A stretch of 64,000 nucleotides of DNA from Octopus vulgaris (GCA_951406725.2 OX597817.1:77996001-78060000), one strand, 5' to 3'. Positions 43,791 to 56,700 are shown, counted from the first letter of the stretch. Program-made: numbers and translations. Notes: a model not told the origin generated them from the letters alone.

Positions 43791-45062
43791 TCAGGTGTAT
43801 TTATGCAGATGAATTAATTCTATCCATCTGGTAAATCCTACCTCCCCACACCAAATTAGCAGTACCACACACCATAGATCTGGGAGGATACAGCCTGCAC
43901 GTTTTACTTTCCTGTCTTAAAATCTTCAGCACTTAGACATCATTCCACACAAATGAGTACCATCCCAATATCATAATATAGTAACATTATTATTTCTGGA
44001 GCTATACAAAATATTTTAGAAAATTCATATAACTATTTACAAAATTACTGTTTTTGTCTCCACATCCCCCAAACCCTACAAATACATCAACATTGAAATT
44101 TAGATATAATTTTAATATCAATCTTTATAGATTTTGCAAAGGACATAACTTACTCTAAATCTTAGTTACCTCACCTACCAAAAATTTATACTTACTTTCA
44201 GATATGGCATTTCCTCGTGATATCTCATAAATTACTGTCAGTCCCATTCTTGGTACTCACTGACACTGTTTGATGACTGAACAAGACGATTAGACTTTGC
44301 TTTTATCCTAAACAAATTTAGATATCTTCGCTTGAACATGAAACGTGAGTTGATATGAAAAAATATAAAAACCATTATTTCAAATGCTGCACCTATCATG
44401 AAACAAAGAGCATATGTCTACACACACACACACACTAATGCTCACATATACACACTATATGTATATGCATATGAAATATAGACAGTTATGAAATAGTTAC
44501 ATATACCATATATATTTGCACACACACAGATATGTAGTTCACCAACACATAGGTTTATCTCTATATGTATATACACATATACATACATACATGCATACAT
44601 ACATATATACACATACCTATTTTTAGACATCTATATATGCAGTCAAAGATTGTCATATAGACATATTAATAACTAACCCTGACCACTTCCTCCATTCCAT
44701 TAGCTCTTTCATATCTAAATTTAATTTTACTGCATGCATGTATGTATGTGTATATATGTATATACTTATACATACATAGATACATACATACGTATGTATA
44801 TATACCACCATGCAAATATATACATGTACATATATATATCTATTTACATATACATATATAAATATATATATTTATATACATATATATACACACTCACACA
44901 CACACATATATAGGTACACACATACATACATGTACACAACATGTAAAACTTATAAATACATAAATCTATTTCACTTGAGTATTTAATGAAGTATGTCTGC
45001 AAATATATTTAACATATATCACAGACATACATACTTGCACACTAAGAAGTAAGCACGCATAC

Positions 45063-45128
<66 letters not shown>

Positions 45129-45469
45129 TGAGTTTATAGTTTGCTTAAAAGTAAATTACTTATGAAAGATTTATGAATTGTTAGAATAATATGACAATTC
45201 ACAAGATGAAAAGATCGATTTTAAAAAAATGTTATTTAGTTTTTCACTAAAATAAAAAAAAAATTTTTATATCATACTCAGTTCTTATTTACCAGTATTG
45301 AGTTCTTTTTTAATCCATGGTTATTTTTCTGAATAAGTAAGCCTATTTCAGTATATGAATGTATATATGTATATAAAACCTGTGAGGTGTATTTGAGGAT
45401 GTTTAATTGTCAGTGTGTTGCTCTCTTGAGCCCATTTAAAAGATTTTTATTTCTATGAAATCTTTCATG

Positions 45470-46500
45470 GTAGATAAAATGCTAATAAGAGAAATGAAAA
45501 GAAATGTGATCATTGCATAATTTCAAAATGTTATAAGATCTTTTGTACACAGAGTTTGGGTTGAAACTGAAAGCTTCTGATTGGAATGTTTCAACTACCT
45601 CAAAGAGCAAAGCATCTTCTAAATATTTGAACACCACAAGGACACTTCAATTTATCCAATAGGTTCAAAACATCATTGATGACAATTCTGAGAAATCAAT
45701 GGACTTCAGGTGACAGAGTGAGTTATTAGCACTGTACGCACACAAGGATATCTGATACACATTGTATGTACTGAGATGGGGCCAAATTATATCTGCAAAG
45801 TCACAAGAAAACTGTTTGATCATTACCAAGTGGTTACTTAACAAGGTTAAAAGCCCTCACTAACATGGTGGGCTTTGGTTCTTCTTTAGATGAGAAAAAG
45901 TTTGACCAAGACTAAAAGTCTAATAGAAGAAATGATAGATGATTACGTGTAGAGCTACTGATGTCTCCAGAGTGATGCACACTAAGTTCCCAGGAACTGT
46001 AATGGTTTTAGGAGTGTTAAGTAGCAAAAGTCATATGATGTTACCTCACATCTTTCCATGGGTTCTTAAAATTAATGCTACTGGTTACATTGAAGTGTTG
46101 GAGTCAGTTGTTATGCCCTGAATGGATGAGATATACAGTGGAAGGTAACACACATTTCAACAAAACTCAGCACATTCTCACAAGATCCATATAACCCCAA
46201 ATTGGGTATCAGACAATCTTTATGATCATGTAACACTAAACTCATGTAACACTAAACTCTAAACTTGCCAGATTTAAATCCCATGAACTACTACATTTAG
46301 GTAGTTGTTGAAAAGGTGAGTAATCAACATCCTCGCAATACCATAGTATCACTGAAGGTTGCTATTGTCCAGGTGATGTTTTATATAAACAAAGACCATT
46401 TAGTGCAGGCATTCCAATGTTTCCAGACCCACATTAAAACAGTCATTGAAAGTGAAAGCAGATTCAGAGTGTATTCTTATCAGAAAGTTTATTAAGAATG
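45470..46500 (+). mobile_element. maT/DD37D-like Tc1/mariner transposase remnant
   Basis: DEKKFDQD*KSNRRNDR..VMHTKFPGTVMVLGVLSS..PHIF..INATGYIEVLESVVMP*M..FQQNSAHSH..PDLNPMNYY. Confidence 0.85.
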
Positions 46501-46624
46501 TGCCTGAATTTTTATAAAATTTCAAGGTATGATATAATATATATGTAATATATGGTGTATATATATATATATAATATATACATGGACGAGGACAGCTGTG
46601 TAAAAAGTTCTGATCTCTGTGTAG

Positions 46625-47040
46625 GAAACTTGTGGAACATTAAGAGAACCATCATTGCCAGGGCCGTTGACTGGTTCATGTGCCGGTGGCATGTAAAAGG
46701 CACCATTTGAGCATGATCGCTACTAGCATCGCCTTACTGGCAAGTGAAAAACAACATTCGAGCGAGGTCGTTGCCAGTGCTGCTGGACTGGCTCATGTGC
46801 AGTCAGCATGTAAAAAATACCATTTGAGCATGGCTGTTGCCAGTACCGCCTGACTGGCCTTCGTGCAGGTGGCACATAAAAGCACCCACTACACTCTCAA
46901 AGTGGTTGGTGTTAGGAAGGGCATCCAGCTGTAGAAACTCTGCCAGATCAGATTGGAGTATGGTGCAGCCACCTGGCTTTCCAGTCCTCAGTCAAACTAT
47001 GCAATGCATGGAAAGCGGACGTTAAATGATGATGATGATA
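46625..47040 (+). mobile_element. Family D element with four modules
   Basis: Module array and terminus ggaaagcggacgttaaatgatgat; closely parallels 10845-11262. Confidence 0.85.
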
Positions 47041-47065
47041 TATATATACACAAATATACACATGC

Positions 47066-47102
<37 letters not shown>

Positions 47103-47103
<1 letters not shown>

Positions 47104-47430
47104 TCTTTTATTCTTTGACTTGTTTTAGTCATTTGACTGTGGCCATGCTGGAGCAGCGCCTTTAGTCGAAAAAATCAACTCTAGGACTTATTCTTTGTAA
47201 GCCTAGTACTTACTCTATTGGTCTCTTTTGCCGAACTGCTAAGTTACGGGGGACAAACACAAATATATACATACTTCTTTCAGTTTCCATCAACCAAATC
47301 CACTCACAAGGCTTTGGTTGGCCCGAGGCTTTAGTAGAAGATACTCGCCCAAGGGGCCACGCAGTGAGACTGAACCCAGTACCATGTGGTTGAGAAACAA
47401 GCTTCTTGCCACACAGCCATGCCTACACCT
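47103..47430 (-). mobile_element. SINE A with an internal deletion
   Basis: Tail and head present; central section shortened. Confidence 0.8.
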
Positions 47431-47487
47431 ATATATGTATATATATACATACACATTTTGTCTACCTATAATATATATTATTTATAT

Positions 47488-47488
<1 letters not shown>

Positions 47489-47564
<76 letters not shown>

Positions 47565-47603
47565 CAGATAAAGATAGAGAGATGGATAAAAAAACAGACA
47601 GAC

Positions 47604-47667
<64 letters not shown>
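47489..47667. repeat. (GATA)n/(GACA)n tetranucleotide microsatellite
   Basis: Direct reading. Confidence 0.95.
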
Positions 47668-48963
47668 GCAAATAAGCATATACATGCAGCCAAATGAGAG
47701 CAGGGTGCAAAAAATGTTGAAAATAATAACAGCTGTTTCTACCATGTTAAGCCTGCCAAATTTTTTTCATAGAGCTGATAAAAGGGGTGGAGATTAAAAG
47801 GGCTATCTGGGTATCTGTTCGAAAAATTGTGGGAGGTCTCCTTTCTAAGTACCCACTTCACATAGATATATGAAATAAAGAAGTAAATTAAAAACACATA
47901 TATAAAAAAAATACCTTGCATTTTCTTTTTATCCTCCTTTTACTTATTTTAGCATTGTAGGACCCTACTTCTCTCTTATTTTGCTTTATCATAATCCATA
48001 TTGCTTAGCTGTTGCTTTTTATTTTTGTCCTGTCCTTGTAGTAGTAGTAGTAGTAGTTGCTGTTGTAGTTGTCTATTCCCTGGTCGGCTTTGAGGGATTA
48101 GCCCTATGATAAAGATGTCTATATGATATCTCCTAATGACCTTTTACTTTCAAGTTAGTAATGTGAGGAAGATTTAGCTACCATTTCTAGCATGACGTAG
48201 AGGTATAGAGGCATTCTTATTGGCCTATTTACTTATTTATTTATGTATTTATTTAGCTGTTTATTACACTGATGTCATTTAGTCCCAAGTCAGCCCTCTT
48301 CAGACAGACATTCTGATCATAGGTAATCCAGCCATGATCACCATGTCTATTTTATGTGCAGGGAATCCAAGACACTATTTTCAATGTGTTTTTTTCCTAA
48401 AACTGCTGGATGATGATTAGAGAAAGATTTGGCTGCTACTTCTAGCTGGCTAAGTGACCACACATGCTCCATTGTCACTTTCTGTTGATTGTGTTCTTCG
48501 TGGCAGTGGCGATGATGGTAATAATGATGCTCTTTAGCTTTATTGCTACATTCATGGATTCCCATGATTCTCTGTTGCCATCCAATTCCATTATTAAGGA
48601 TTTGAATTGGGAGTTGGAATCATAGTGACTCTTTCATTAGCTGATTACACAACCATGAACGCTGCTCCGATGGATGCACTGCAGTTACTCTCCTGATAGG
48701 GGTTGTTGGTCCTGACCATTGGTCTTCCAGAATTCCTCTGCTCAGCATCAATGTAAAAAGCACCATTGGCTCAGTTGAGCTTTACTGTTACCTCTTAACA
48801 ATCCACCATGCTGCAATCCTAGGACTTTGCTGTATTCAAGGGCAGCCCATAATCATGGTCATCACTCTGTGAGGTATTTTCAAAATATCTCCTACATATC
48901 CAATAAGGATGCTAATATTGGGGTGATGATAGGGTTACTGCTGCTGATGGTAATACTAATACA

Positions 48964-49784
48964 TCTATATATATAAAACTCAACTTGTGTATCTGTGTGT
49001 GTGTCTGTGTATTTAACTTCCCGGCACACCTCCTAGCCAACAAATCGTAGAACCACCAAAAATGGATCATTTAAAGTTTAGGCGAATGAAAATTGAACTG
49101 CCCTATTTCTGTTCCGAAATTCATCTCGCAAGTGCAAAAATTGATAATGTATTTGTTTAGGCCTTATCCCATGCATTGAATAGTGAACTTTACTCAGTCA
49201 GCTGTTTGACGTGAACTGTGTTCACCATGCATGCAAGCATGTGTAAATTGCATGAAAAATAAAAAATCAAGATATAAAAACGAATCGCCGTAAACATTGT
49301 AGAAATTCGGCAAAGAAATGAATTTTCGGGATGTAGCCTGGAGGGCTTTTTCGTATTAATCGTTTGGACTTTGTGAACATATACCAATTGTTTCCATAAC
49401 ATTTTTAACACTTTGAATTAAATATTACCATTTTGCGTTGAGTCTGCAGTTTGAATCACTTTAACCAAATTTTAGCAGGCCGGATTTTTGATCATCACGA
49501 TACATCGCCAGCGACTCCCTGAAACTCTCCCCTGAAATCCCCATTGAGAAATACTGATCTAAAAGAATAATTCAACAGTGCAATTATTTGATCAACAAAA
49601 ATTTATGAAATGCTTCTACGTACTTCCTATTGAGGAAATGGAACACATAAGTGCAAAAATAGAGGGCATTAAATGCTTGATTTTAAAACCAAAATAATTG
49701 AATTTTGATTGAACTTCATCCAAGTTTAGCTTAATTCGCGCATGCATAGAATGCACGAGCGCACAAGCCGGGCAATACTGCTAG
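48964..49784 (+). mobile_element. Non-autonomous Helitron (about 820 bp)
   Basis: A|TCtatatatataaaa 5' end; GC-rich subterminal hairpin gcgcatgcatagaatgcacgagcgc; CTAG|T 3' end; no TSD. Confidence 0.75.
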
Positions 49785-49794
49785 TACATATATA

Positions 49795-50204
49795 TACTCT
49801 TTACTCTTTTACTTGTTTCAGTTATTTGACTGCGGCCATGCTGGAGCACCAACTTTAATTGAGCAACTCGACCCCTGGACTTATTCTTTGTAAGCCCAGT
49901 ACTTATTCTATCGGTCTCTTTTTGCTGAACCACTAAGTGACGGGGACATAAACATACCAGCATCGGTTGTCAAGCAATGCTAGGGGGACAAACACAGACA
50001 CACAAACATATACACATACATATATATATATACATATATACGATGGGCTTCTTTCAGTTTCTGTCTACCAAATCCACTCACAAGGCTTTGGTCGGCCCGA
50101 AGCTATAGTAGAAGACACTTGCCCAAGGTGCCATGCAGTGGGACTGAACCCGGAACCATGTGGTTGGTAAACAAGCTTCTTACCATACAGCCACTCCTGC
50201 GCCT
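49795..50204 (-). mobile_element. Full-length SINE A
   Basis: Reverse complement of 4145-4580, ending cagccactcctgcgcc. Confidence 0.9.
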
Positions 50205-50310
50205 ATTTATATATAATATATATATGTGTGTATATATATATATATATTTATATATAATATATATATGTGTGTGTATATATATATATATATATTTATATAT
50301 AATATATATA

Positions 50311-50356
<46 letters not shown>

Positions 50357-50519
50357 TATGTATATATATGTGTATATATATATGTATGCATATATGGGTA
50401 CAGAATGTCATCAACTGTGTAATTTGCACTGAAAGAGGTTTTAGATGTGTGCTAGACTTATATATATATATATATACTGTTGCAGCTTAAACTTGATAAA
50501 ACTCACTATAAGTACATTT

Positions 50520-51065
50520 TTGACCTACATAGGCCATCCATATTGGTCCTGTATTAATTGAGGGAGGTCTTCAGGGTGGCATTGAGTGTCTGTTAGGAGT
50601 TGATCTATAAACGTTGTGTTTGGATAACCTGTTTGTGTGTGGCCATGATTTTGCCATCCGTAGTAGTAGGTCACTTGCCAACTCTTGTATATCCTACCAG
50701 CAATGTCCGGCAAAACATAAGCACCATTCTCTTATTATGGTGGAAACAGGCAGGAGATGTCCATTCAGCTGTTTCTTAGTGGGATGAGATATGTTTAAGA
50801 CTGCTCTTTACATTTGGATGTCGGCTTCACCAATCTTGGATTCCACTTTTTTGGTAAGCATCCAAACTGTTGCTCCATAAAATTGAAGGACTGACTCTAC
50901 CTTTGCATGAAAAAATTCCTCTTAAGGTTGTCTGACAGGGCTGATTCCCAGACAACCTTCAGTTTGTTTTGGGGTGACTATGCTTGGGCTATCTGAATTT
51001 TTACATCCTTTTCAGTTGAGGCTGTCTCAGAACCGAGGTATGCAAAATCATCAACTACAAATTGA
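50520..51065 (-). mobile_element. Degenerate RTE/RTE-X LINE 3' region
   Basis: VDDFAYLGSETASTEKDVKIQIAQA*..KVESVL..YGATVWMLTK..FAGHCW. Confidence 0.85.
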
Positions 51066-52301
51066 CCATTTGGAGGCTTATTTGTTTTGTTGTTGCTAAT
51101 GTTGCTGTGGTCAATGAAGTTGTTGTTTGTCATCCTCATTGCTGTAATAACTATTACCACCACCACGATCACCACTACCACCCCTAACAACACAATGACC
51201 ACCATCACTTAAACCACATCCACCACTGCTGCCATCATCACCATCACCGCCACTACAACTACTATAATCATTATCTCCACCACCAGCTCCTCTTTCTCCT
51301 CACCCTACCCTTCTCCTCCTCATCCTACCCACCCCTCCTCCTCCTCACCCTACCCTCCTTCACCTCCTCACCCACCCTTCACCTTCTCACCCAACCTCCT
51401 CCTCCTCCTCTTCCTCACCCACTCCTCCTCCCCACCCCACCCCACCCTACTTCTCCTCCTTCTCTTCACCCTATTCCTCATCCTCCTCAATCATTTTTCT
51501 TTTCCTTATTGAAAACATTATGTCTTCACATCACCAACACTGTCACTTGTTCGGTAAATTGGTTTTGTTGTGGTTTTCCTTATTCTTGTGGCTGTTGGTT
51601 TTGTTATTGTTATTTCTGTTGCTGTCGTTATTTTAATTATGGCAATTTTCATTTCCTAATTCTCTAATACATGGCGATGATGATAATAATCCATCATCAT
51701 TAGAGCGTTAATTATTTGTATTATTTATCAGCAAATGCATACGTGCATATATAAACATGCATATGCATGCACACTTACTTAAATAAATGCAGTCATGCAT
51801 ACATACATACATGCATAAGCACATACGTACATCCATGCATACACAAACACATACATATAGATATGTAAACATATGTACAGGCATACAGATATATTTACAT
51901 ATATGTACGCAAAAACATATCAAAGAACATACATACATATGTACAAAAGTGCAAGCATACAAACATAGATGTATAAATGCAGACTTATATATACACAGTT
52001 ATATAAGGAGTGTTTGTCAACTGGCATTAAGTAACAGGAATGTACTGTATGTGCTCAGTTATGATAACCACTAAAACTCTGGTTTGAACTGCTACTGAAA
52101 GTGTTGAGGTTACCTATCACAGGTGGCTAGAAGTGGTTTCTCCTTGAGCAGATAGCTATAGATTAAAGTAGAGTTGGGAAAGGAAAACGTTTGGTGTCAC
52201 TTGAAAAGAACATTTAATTATGATGAATAATACAGTACTATATAGAGAGATAATACACGTATATTCTATGCCAAACGGTTTGCTTTTTCCTTTTTAGTTT
52301 A

Positions 52302-52339
<38 letters not shown>

Positions 52340-52792
52340 TCAATAATAATAAAGGGTAAAATGAATGAATTAATTAATAATTATACCAAGTAGTTTGGTA
52401 TGTTAAAAGAACCGTTATCGGTAAACTTATACAAAAATTCTATAATTATGAGTATAATTATAATTAGTGTTCAGCAAATATTTGCTTCACCACATACCAA
52501 AATTTAGAAATAGCTGTTAAAACTATTATTTCACTACCATAAGAAAATCTCCCAGACAGCAATACTCAACAACTCACACAGTTAAAGACAGAAAAAACAA
52601 TGAATCCAGCCAGCTTCAATTATTTTTTCTCTCTTTACCTGTGTGAGTTGTTGAGTATTGCTGTCTGGGAGATTTTCTTATGGTTGTGAAATAGTAGATT
52701 TAACTGCTATTTCTAAATTTCGGTATGTGGTGAAGCAAATTTTTGCTGAACCCTAATTATAATTATACTCATAATTATAGAATTTTTGTATA
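52340..52792. mobile_element. (TA)n-embedded element with a fold-back hairpin (arms about 177 bp)
   Basis: Arms 52428-52604 and 52615-52792; loop tccagccagc; by eye more than 90% complementary. Confidence 0.85.
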
Positions 52793-52809
52793 TATATATA
52801 TATATATAT

Positions 52810-53006
52810 TGGTAGAGTTTACGAAAAAAACAAAAGACAAAGACAGGTGGTGTACAAAACAAACAGTATTAGTATAACGCTCAGGAATTGAAAAAGTCTT
52901 CTACGTTTCAAGCCTATGCTCTTCTACAGAAAGGGACACAGAAAAAACAAGGAGAGAAACAAAGAGAGAAAAAAATGTGTGTAGTGGCTAACGATCTATC
53001 ATGGTG
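52810..53006 (-). mobile_element. (TA)n-embedded short element with a hammerhead-like motif (52896-52937)
   Basis: Minus strand gtcccttt-CTGTAGA-a-gagc-atag-gctt-GAAA-cg-TA-gaagac; core has an A6>U variant. Confidence 0.5.
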
Positions 53007-53031
<25 letters not shown>

Positions 53032-53040
<9 letters not shown>

Positions 53041-53400
53041 GAATGAAATAAAAATCCAAGGCCATGAAAAATTTCAGAACATTTATAAAGAGAAGGTCTT
53101 ACAGCTGTTTCCGGGATATTTTACATGTCCCTTCATCAGAGACGGTATGAGAAAATGGTTAAGCAATAGTTATTCTAGATGAGATATGAAATAGACAGTG
53201 AAATCTTTCACAGCCTTGGATTTTTATCACATTCTGTTAGATTTTTTATATATACGTATGCTGATATATGACCTACGTTTGACTCCTTATTCGCATAATC
53301 ACCAAACCTGGAGCTTAACTATAGTCTGTTCATAGCACTTACTCAGCATTACCTAACACATCTGGGTCTTCTTGACACCATTACCTCTCATAAAGTCTAC
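53032..53400 (-). mobile_element. (TA)n-embedded Penelope/retrozyme-like element with 41-bp inverted repeats enclosing a hammerhead motif
   Basis: IR arms 53036-53076 and 53199-53239 (36/41 match); segment 53270-53397 recurs at about 58500-58625. Confidence 0.65.
53096..53143 (-). ncRNA. Minimal type I hammerhead ribozyme motif
   Basis: Minus strand gtct-CTGATGA-agggacatgtaaaatatcccg-GAAA-cagctg-TA-agac: helix I gtct/agac, helix II ggga/tccc, palindromic helix III, GUA cleavage triplet. Confidence 0.7.
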
Positions 53401-53411
53401 ATATATATATA

Positions 53412-53766
53412 TCAAAATCGAAATTAATCAACATCAATGGAACTTGTAGCTGTGATACCCGTGCCGGTGGCACATAAGAGAGCCATCCGATCGTGGCCAT
53501 TGCCAGCGCCGCCCAGACTGGCCTCTGTGCCAGTGGCATGTAAAAAGCACCATCCGATCATGGCTGTTGCCAGCCTCGACTGGCATGTAAAAAGCACCCA
53601 CTACACTCACGGACTGGTTGGCGTTAGGAAGGGCATCCAGCCATAGAAACATTGCCAGATCAGACTGGGCCTGGCACAGCCTTCTGGCTTCCCAGACCCC
53701 AGTTGAACCGTCCAACCCATGCTAGCATGGAAAGCGGACACTAAACGATGATGATGATGATGATGA
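53412..53766 (+). mobile_element. Family D element
   Basis: Modules plus terminus ggaaagcggacactaaacg(atg)n. Confidence 0.88.
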
Positions 53767-53786
53767 TATATATATATATATGTGTA

Positions 53787-54009
53787 TACTCAAGGAGGTA
53801 CTAAAAAGTTCCTGGCTTTAAGGGTACCATGAAAGATCTAACTGCAAGTCCGACCTTCCGAGTTCTTTTACAGGGCTTAGGAAAAATGAAGAATTACTGC
53901 AGTAAATGTGTAAATCAAAGAGGGAAATGTGTTGAATAAAATCATAATTAACTGATCCTCCTGTATTTTCTTTTCCCCAAAGCCAGAAACTCTTTGGCAC
54001 CCCCTCATA
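53787..54009. mobile_element. Mariner-type MITE
   Basis: gaggtactaaaaagttcctggcttt / aaagccagaaactctttggcaccccctcata. Confidence 0.85.
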
Positions 54010-54366
54010 TACAATTACAACCATACATAAATGAATGCTGAGTTGATATTATCAAAATTCCAATAAAGGAACCTTGTTAATAGTTGATGTTGTGATGATG
54101 ATGGTGTAGTTAAAACTTTATATGATTAATATAAAATCTCTGGAAGAGGATACATATGTAGGAGCACATATGGAGTTTGTTTTCGTTGCATGCATATAGA
54201 TATACAGTTAGACAAACAAACACTCAGACATAAATTGATAGACATACAGATAAACACACAATCAAGCAAGCAATCAAGATACACAGGGGAAATTAGACAT
54301 TGTGTAACGGAATTTTAGAATTCAGTCAGTGGGTAGATAGTGTCAGAGGGTTTAAATATATATATA

Positions 54367-54439
<73 letters not shown>

Positions 54440-54546
54440 AGAGAGAGAGAGGGGGGAAGAGATACATATATATACATAAGTACTTACACGCATACACACT
54501 CACATACGTATATACATACAGACAGGCATACAAATATATGTATATA

Positions 54547-54595
<49 letters not shown>

Positions 54596-54620
54596 GACAA
54601 TGTATGTATACATGTGTATG

Positions 54621-54654
<34 letters not shown>

Positions 54655-55399
54655 TATAAATATATATACATGTATATATATGTATATAGTAGAAGACACT
54701 TGTATATATAAATATATATATATATATACATATAAATATATATATATATATATATATACATGTATATATCTGTATGAGTATATATATATATTTATATATA
54801 TATCCATATATATGTTTATATGCATATATATCATCTATATGTGTGTGTGAGGGTGTGTATCCAGTCACACATAAACTAATGTATATTTATGTGTGATTGT
54901 GTGTATGCATATATATATGTATATATATATATATATATAGGGTAAGGGAAATGTTTTATATAAGTGTGTGTGTGTGTGTGTATTTTTGTAGGAGACTACA
55001 ACAAAGGGTGTGTCCCATTTGATTTGAAGTACCCGGAAAATCCTGATATAACTTCTCCATTGTCTTGGAGTGAATGGTTAATACTTTTCTGGGTTTTTTT
55101 TATATTTATTAAGTTTTTCTTATTCTTTTACTCCACTTTTCCTTTGATAGACAAGCAAGGCTGCTGGATATAAAGATGGCTAGTGTTAAAATCAGAAATT
55201 ATGAGTCCTTTAAATTGACAAATCATCTGGACTTCCAGCTGTCATTGTTCGTGTTTTTGTTGCTGTTCTCCTTATGCCAGAATATATTGAAATCAACGTT
55301 GGTGGTTTATGGAAAGACAGAACTTCTTTTATGTGTTTAATCTATGAGTGAATATGTTTCTACCAGCACCAGGCACTAACACATACATAAACATGTATA

Positions 55400-55553
55400 C
55401 ATGTTGAGTGTGGCAAGAATTTTGCTTCCCAACTACATGGTTCCTGGTTCAGTCCCATTGTGTGACCTGTTGGGCAAGTGTCTTCTATATAGCCTCGGGC
55501 TGACCAAATCCTTGTGAGTGAATTTGGTTGACAGAAACTGAAAGAAGCCTGTC

Positions 55554-55556
<3 letters not shown>
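55400..55556 (+). mobile_element. SINE A head
   Basis: ggttcagtccc..ttgggcaagtgtcttc..gaaactgaaagaagcctgtc. Confidence 0.8.
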
Positions 55557-55587
<31 letters not shown>

Positions 55588-55591
<4 letters not shown>

Positions 55592-55871
55592 TCATCATCA
55601 TCATCATTTAGCGTCCGTTTTCCATGCTTGCATGGGTTGGACGGTTCAACTGGGGTCTGGGAAGCCGGAAGACTTCATCAGGCCCCTTCCTACTTATTAG
55701 GACTTTGGTTTTGGCTAGGTTGATTCTAAGGCCCTTTGATTCTAAACCTTGCTTCCACACCTGAAACTTCTCCTCCAGTTCTGATAGAGACTCAGCAATT
55801 AGAGCAAGGTCATCAGCATAGAGGAGCTCCTAGGGGCATCCCGTCTTGAATACCTCCGTTATTGCCTGGAG

Positions 55872-55877
<6 letters not shown>
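55588..55877 (-). mobile_element. RTE RT catalytic fragment fused directly to the family D terminus
   Basis: [63 protein letters not shown], then at about 55685 the last ~100 nt of D and (gat)n. Confidence 0.9.
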
Positions 55878-55939
<62 letters not shown>

Positions 55940-56074
55940 ATATATGTATATATATGTGTATATATATATATATGTATATATATGTGTATATATATATGTG
56001 TGTGTATATATATATATATGTGTGTATATATATATGTATATATATATGTATATGTATATATATATATGTATATA

Positions 56075-56121
<47 letters not shown>

Positions 56122-56284
56122 ATATATATATGTATGATGGGTTTTTGTTTAAGAAACACAAAAACTGTTAGATTCACTTCAACATTTAGATTTAATTTGG
56201 TAAAATATTTTCGTCTCTTTGAGACCGTGACCTGTTCACAGACAAAATTCTGTGCTGCATCTCTTTAATTTCTTTACTTTTCTA

Positions 56285-56700
56285 CTTTCAACAAGATGGT
56301 GTACCACCTCACTATGGGTAAAACATTCAGGAATGGTTAAATCTTAATTTTGAGGTGACGTGGATTGGACAACGTGGAGCAATTGAGCGGTCATCATGAT
56401 CTTGATACCTAACACCACCTGACTTTTTCTTGTGGCTGTATTGAAAGATCTTGTTTACTCCTTCAAACTAAAAACAATTTGTGAATTAAAACAAGCAATT
56501 ATTTCTGATACATTTTCTGCAATTAACGTGGAAATGTGTCAGCAGGTTTGTAGATGTGTTGCTGGTAGGGTTCAGTATGGTACTGAAAACGAAAGGGGGC
56601 ACTTTGAACATGTTAATTAAATTTATCATAATGAATTATGTTATTTTGATAGAGCAATACTTAATACATTTCTTAAAACTACTGAAATTTATTTTCATTA
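56285..56700 (+). mobile_element. Tc1/mariner-superfamily transposase C-terminal remnant
   Basis: FQQDGVPPHYG..WLNLNF..WIGQRGAIE..LTPPDFFLW..LKDLVY..GHFEHVN. Confidence 0.8.

Noticed and set aside
46226-46257. Short tandem duplications (16 bp here; about 19 bp near 31690-31730; gattagaag units near 38765-38810)
   Set aside because: Ordinary slippage duplications in decaying elements.
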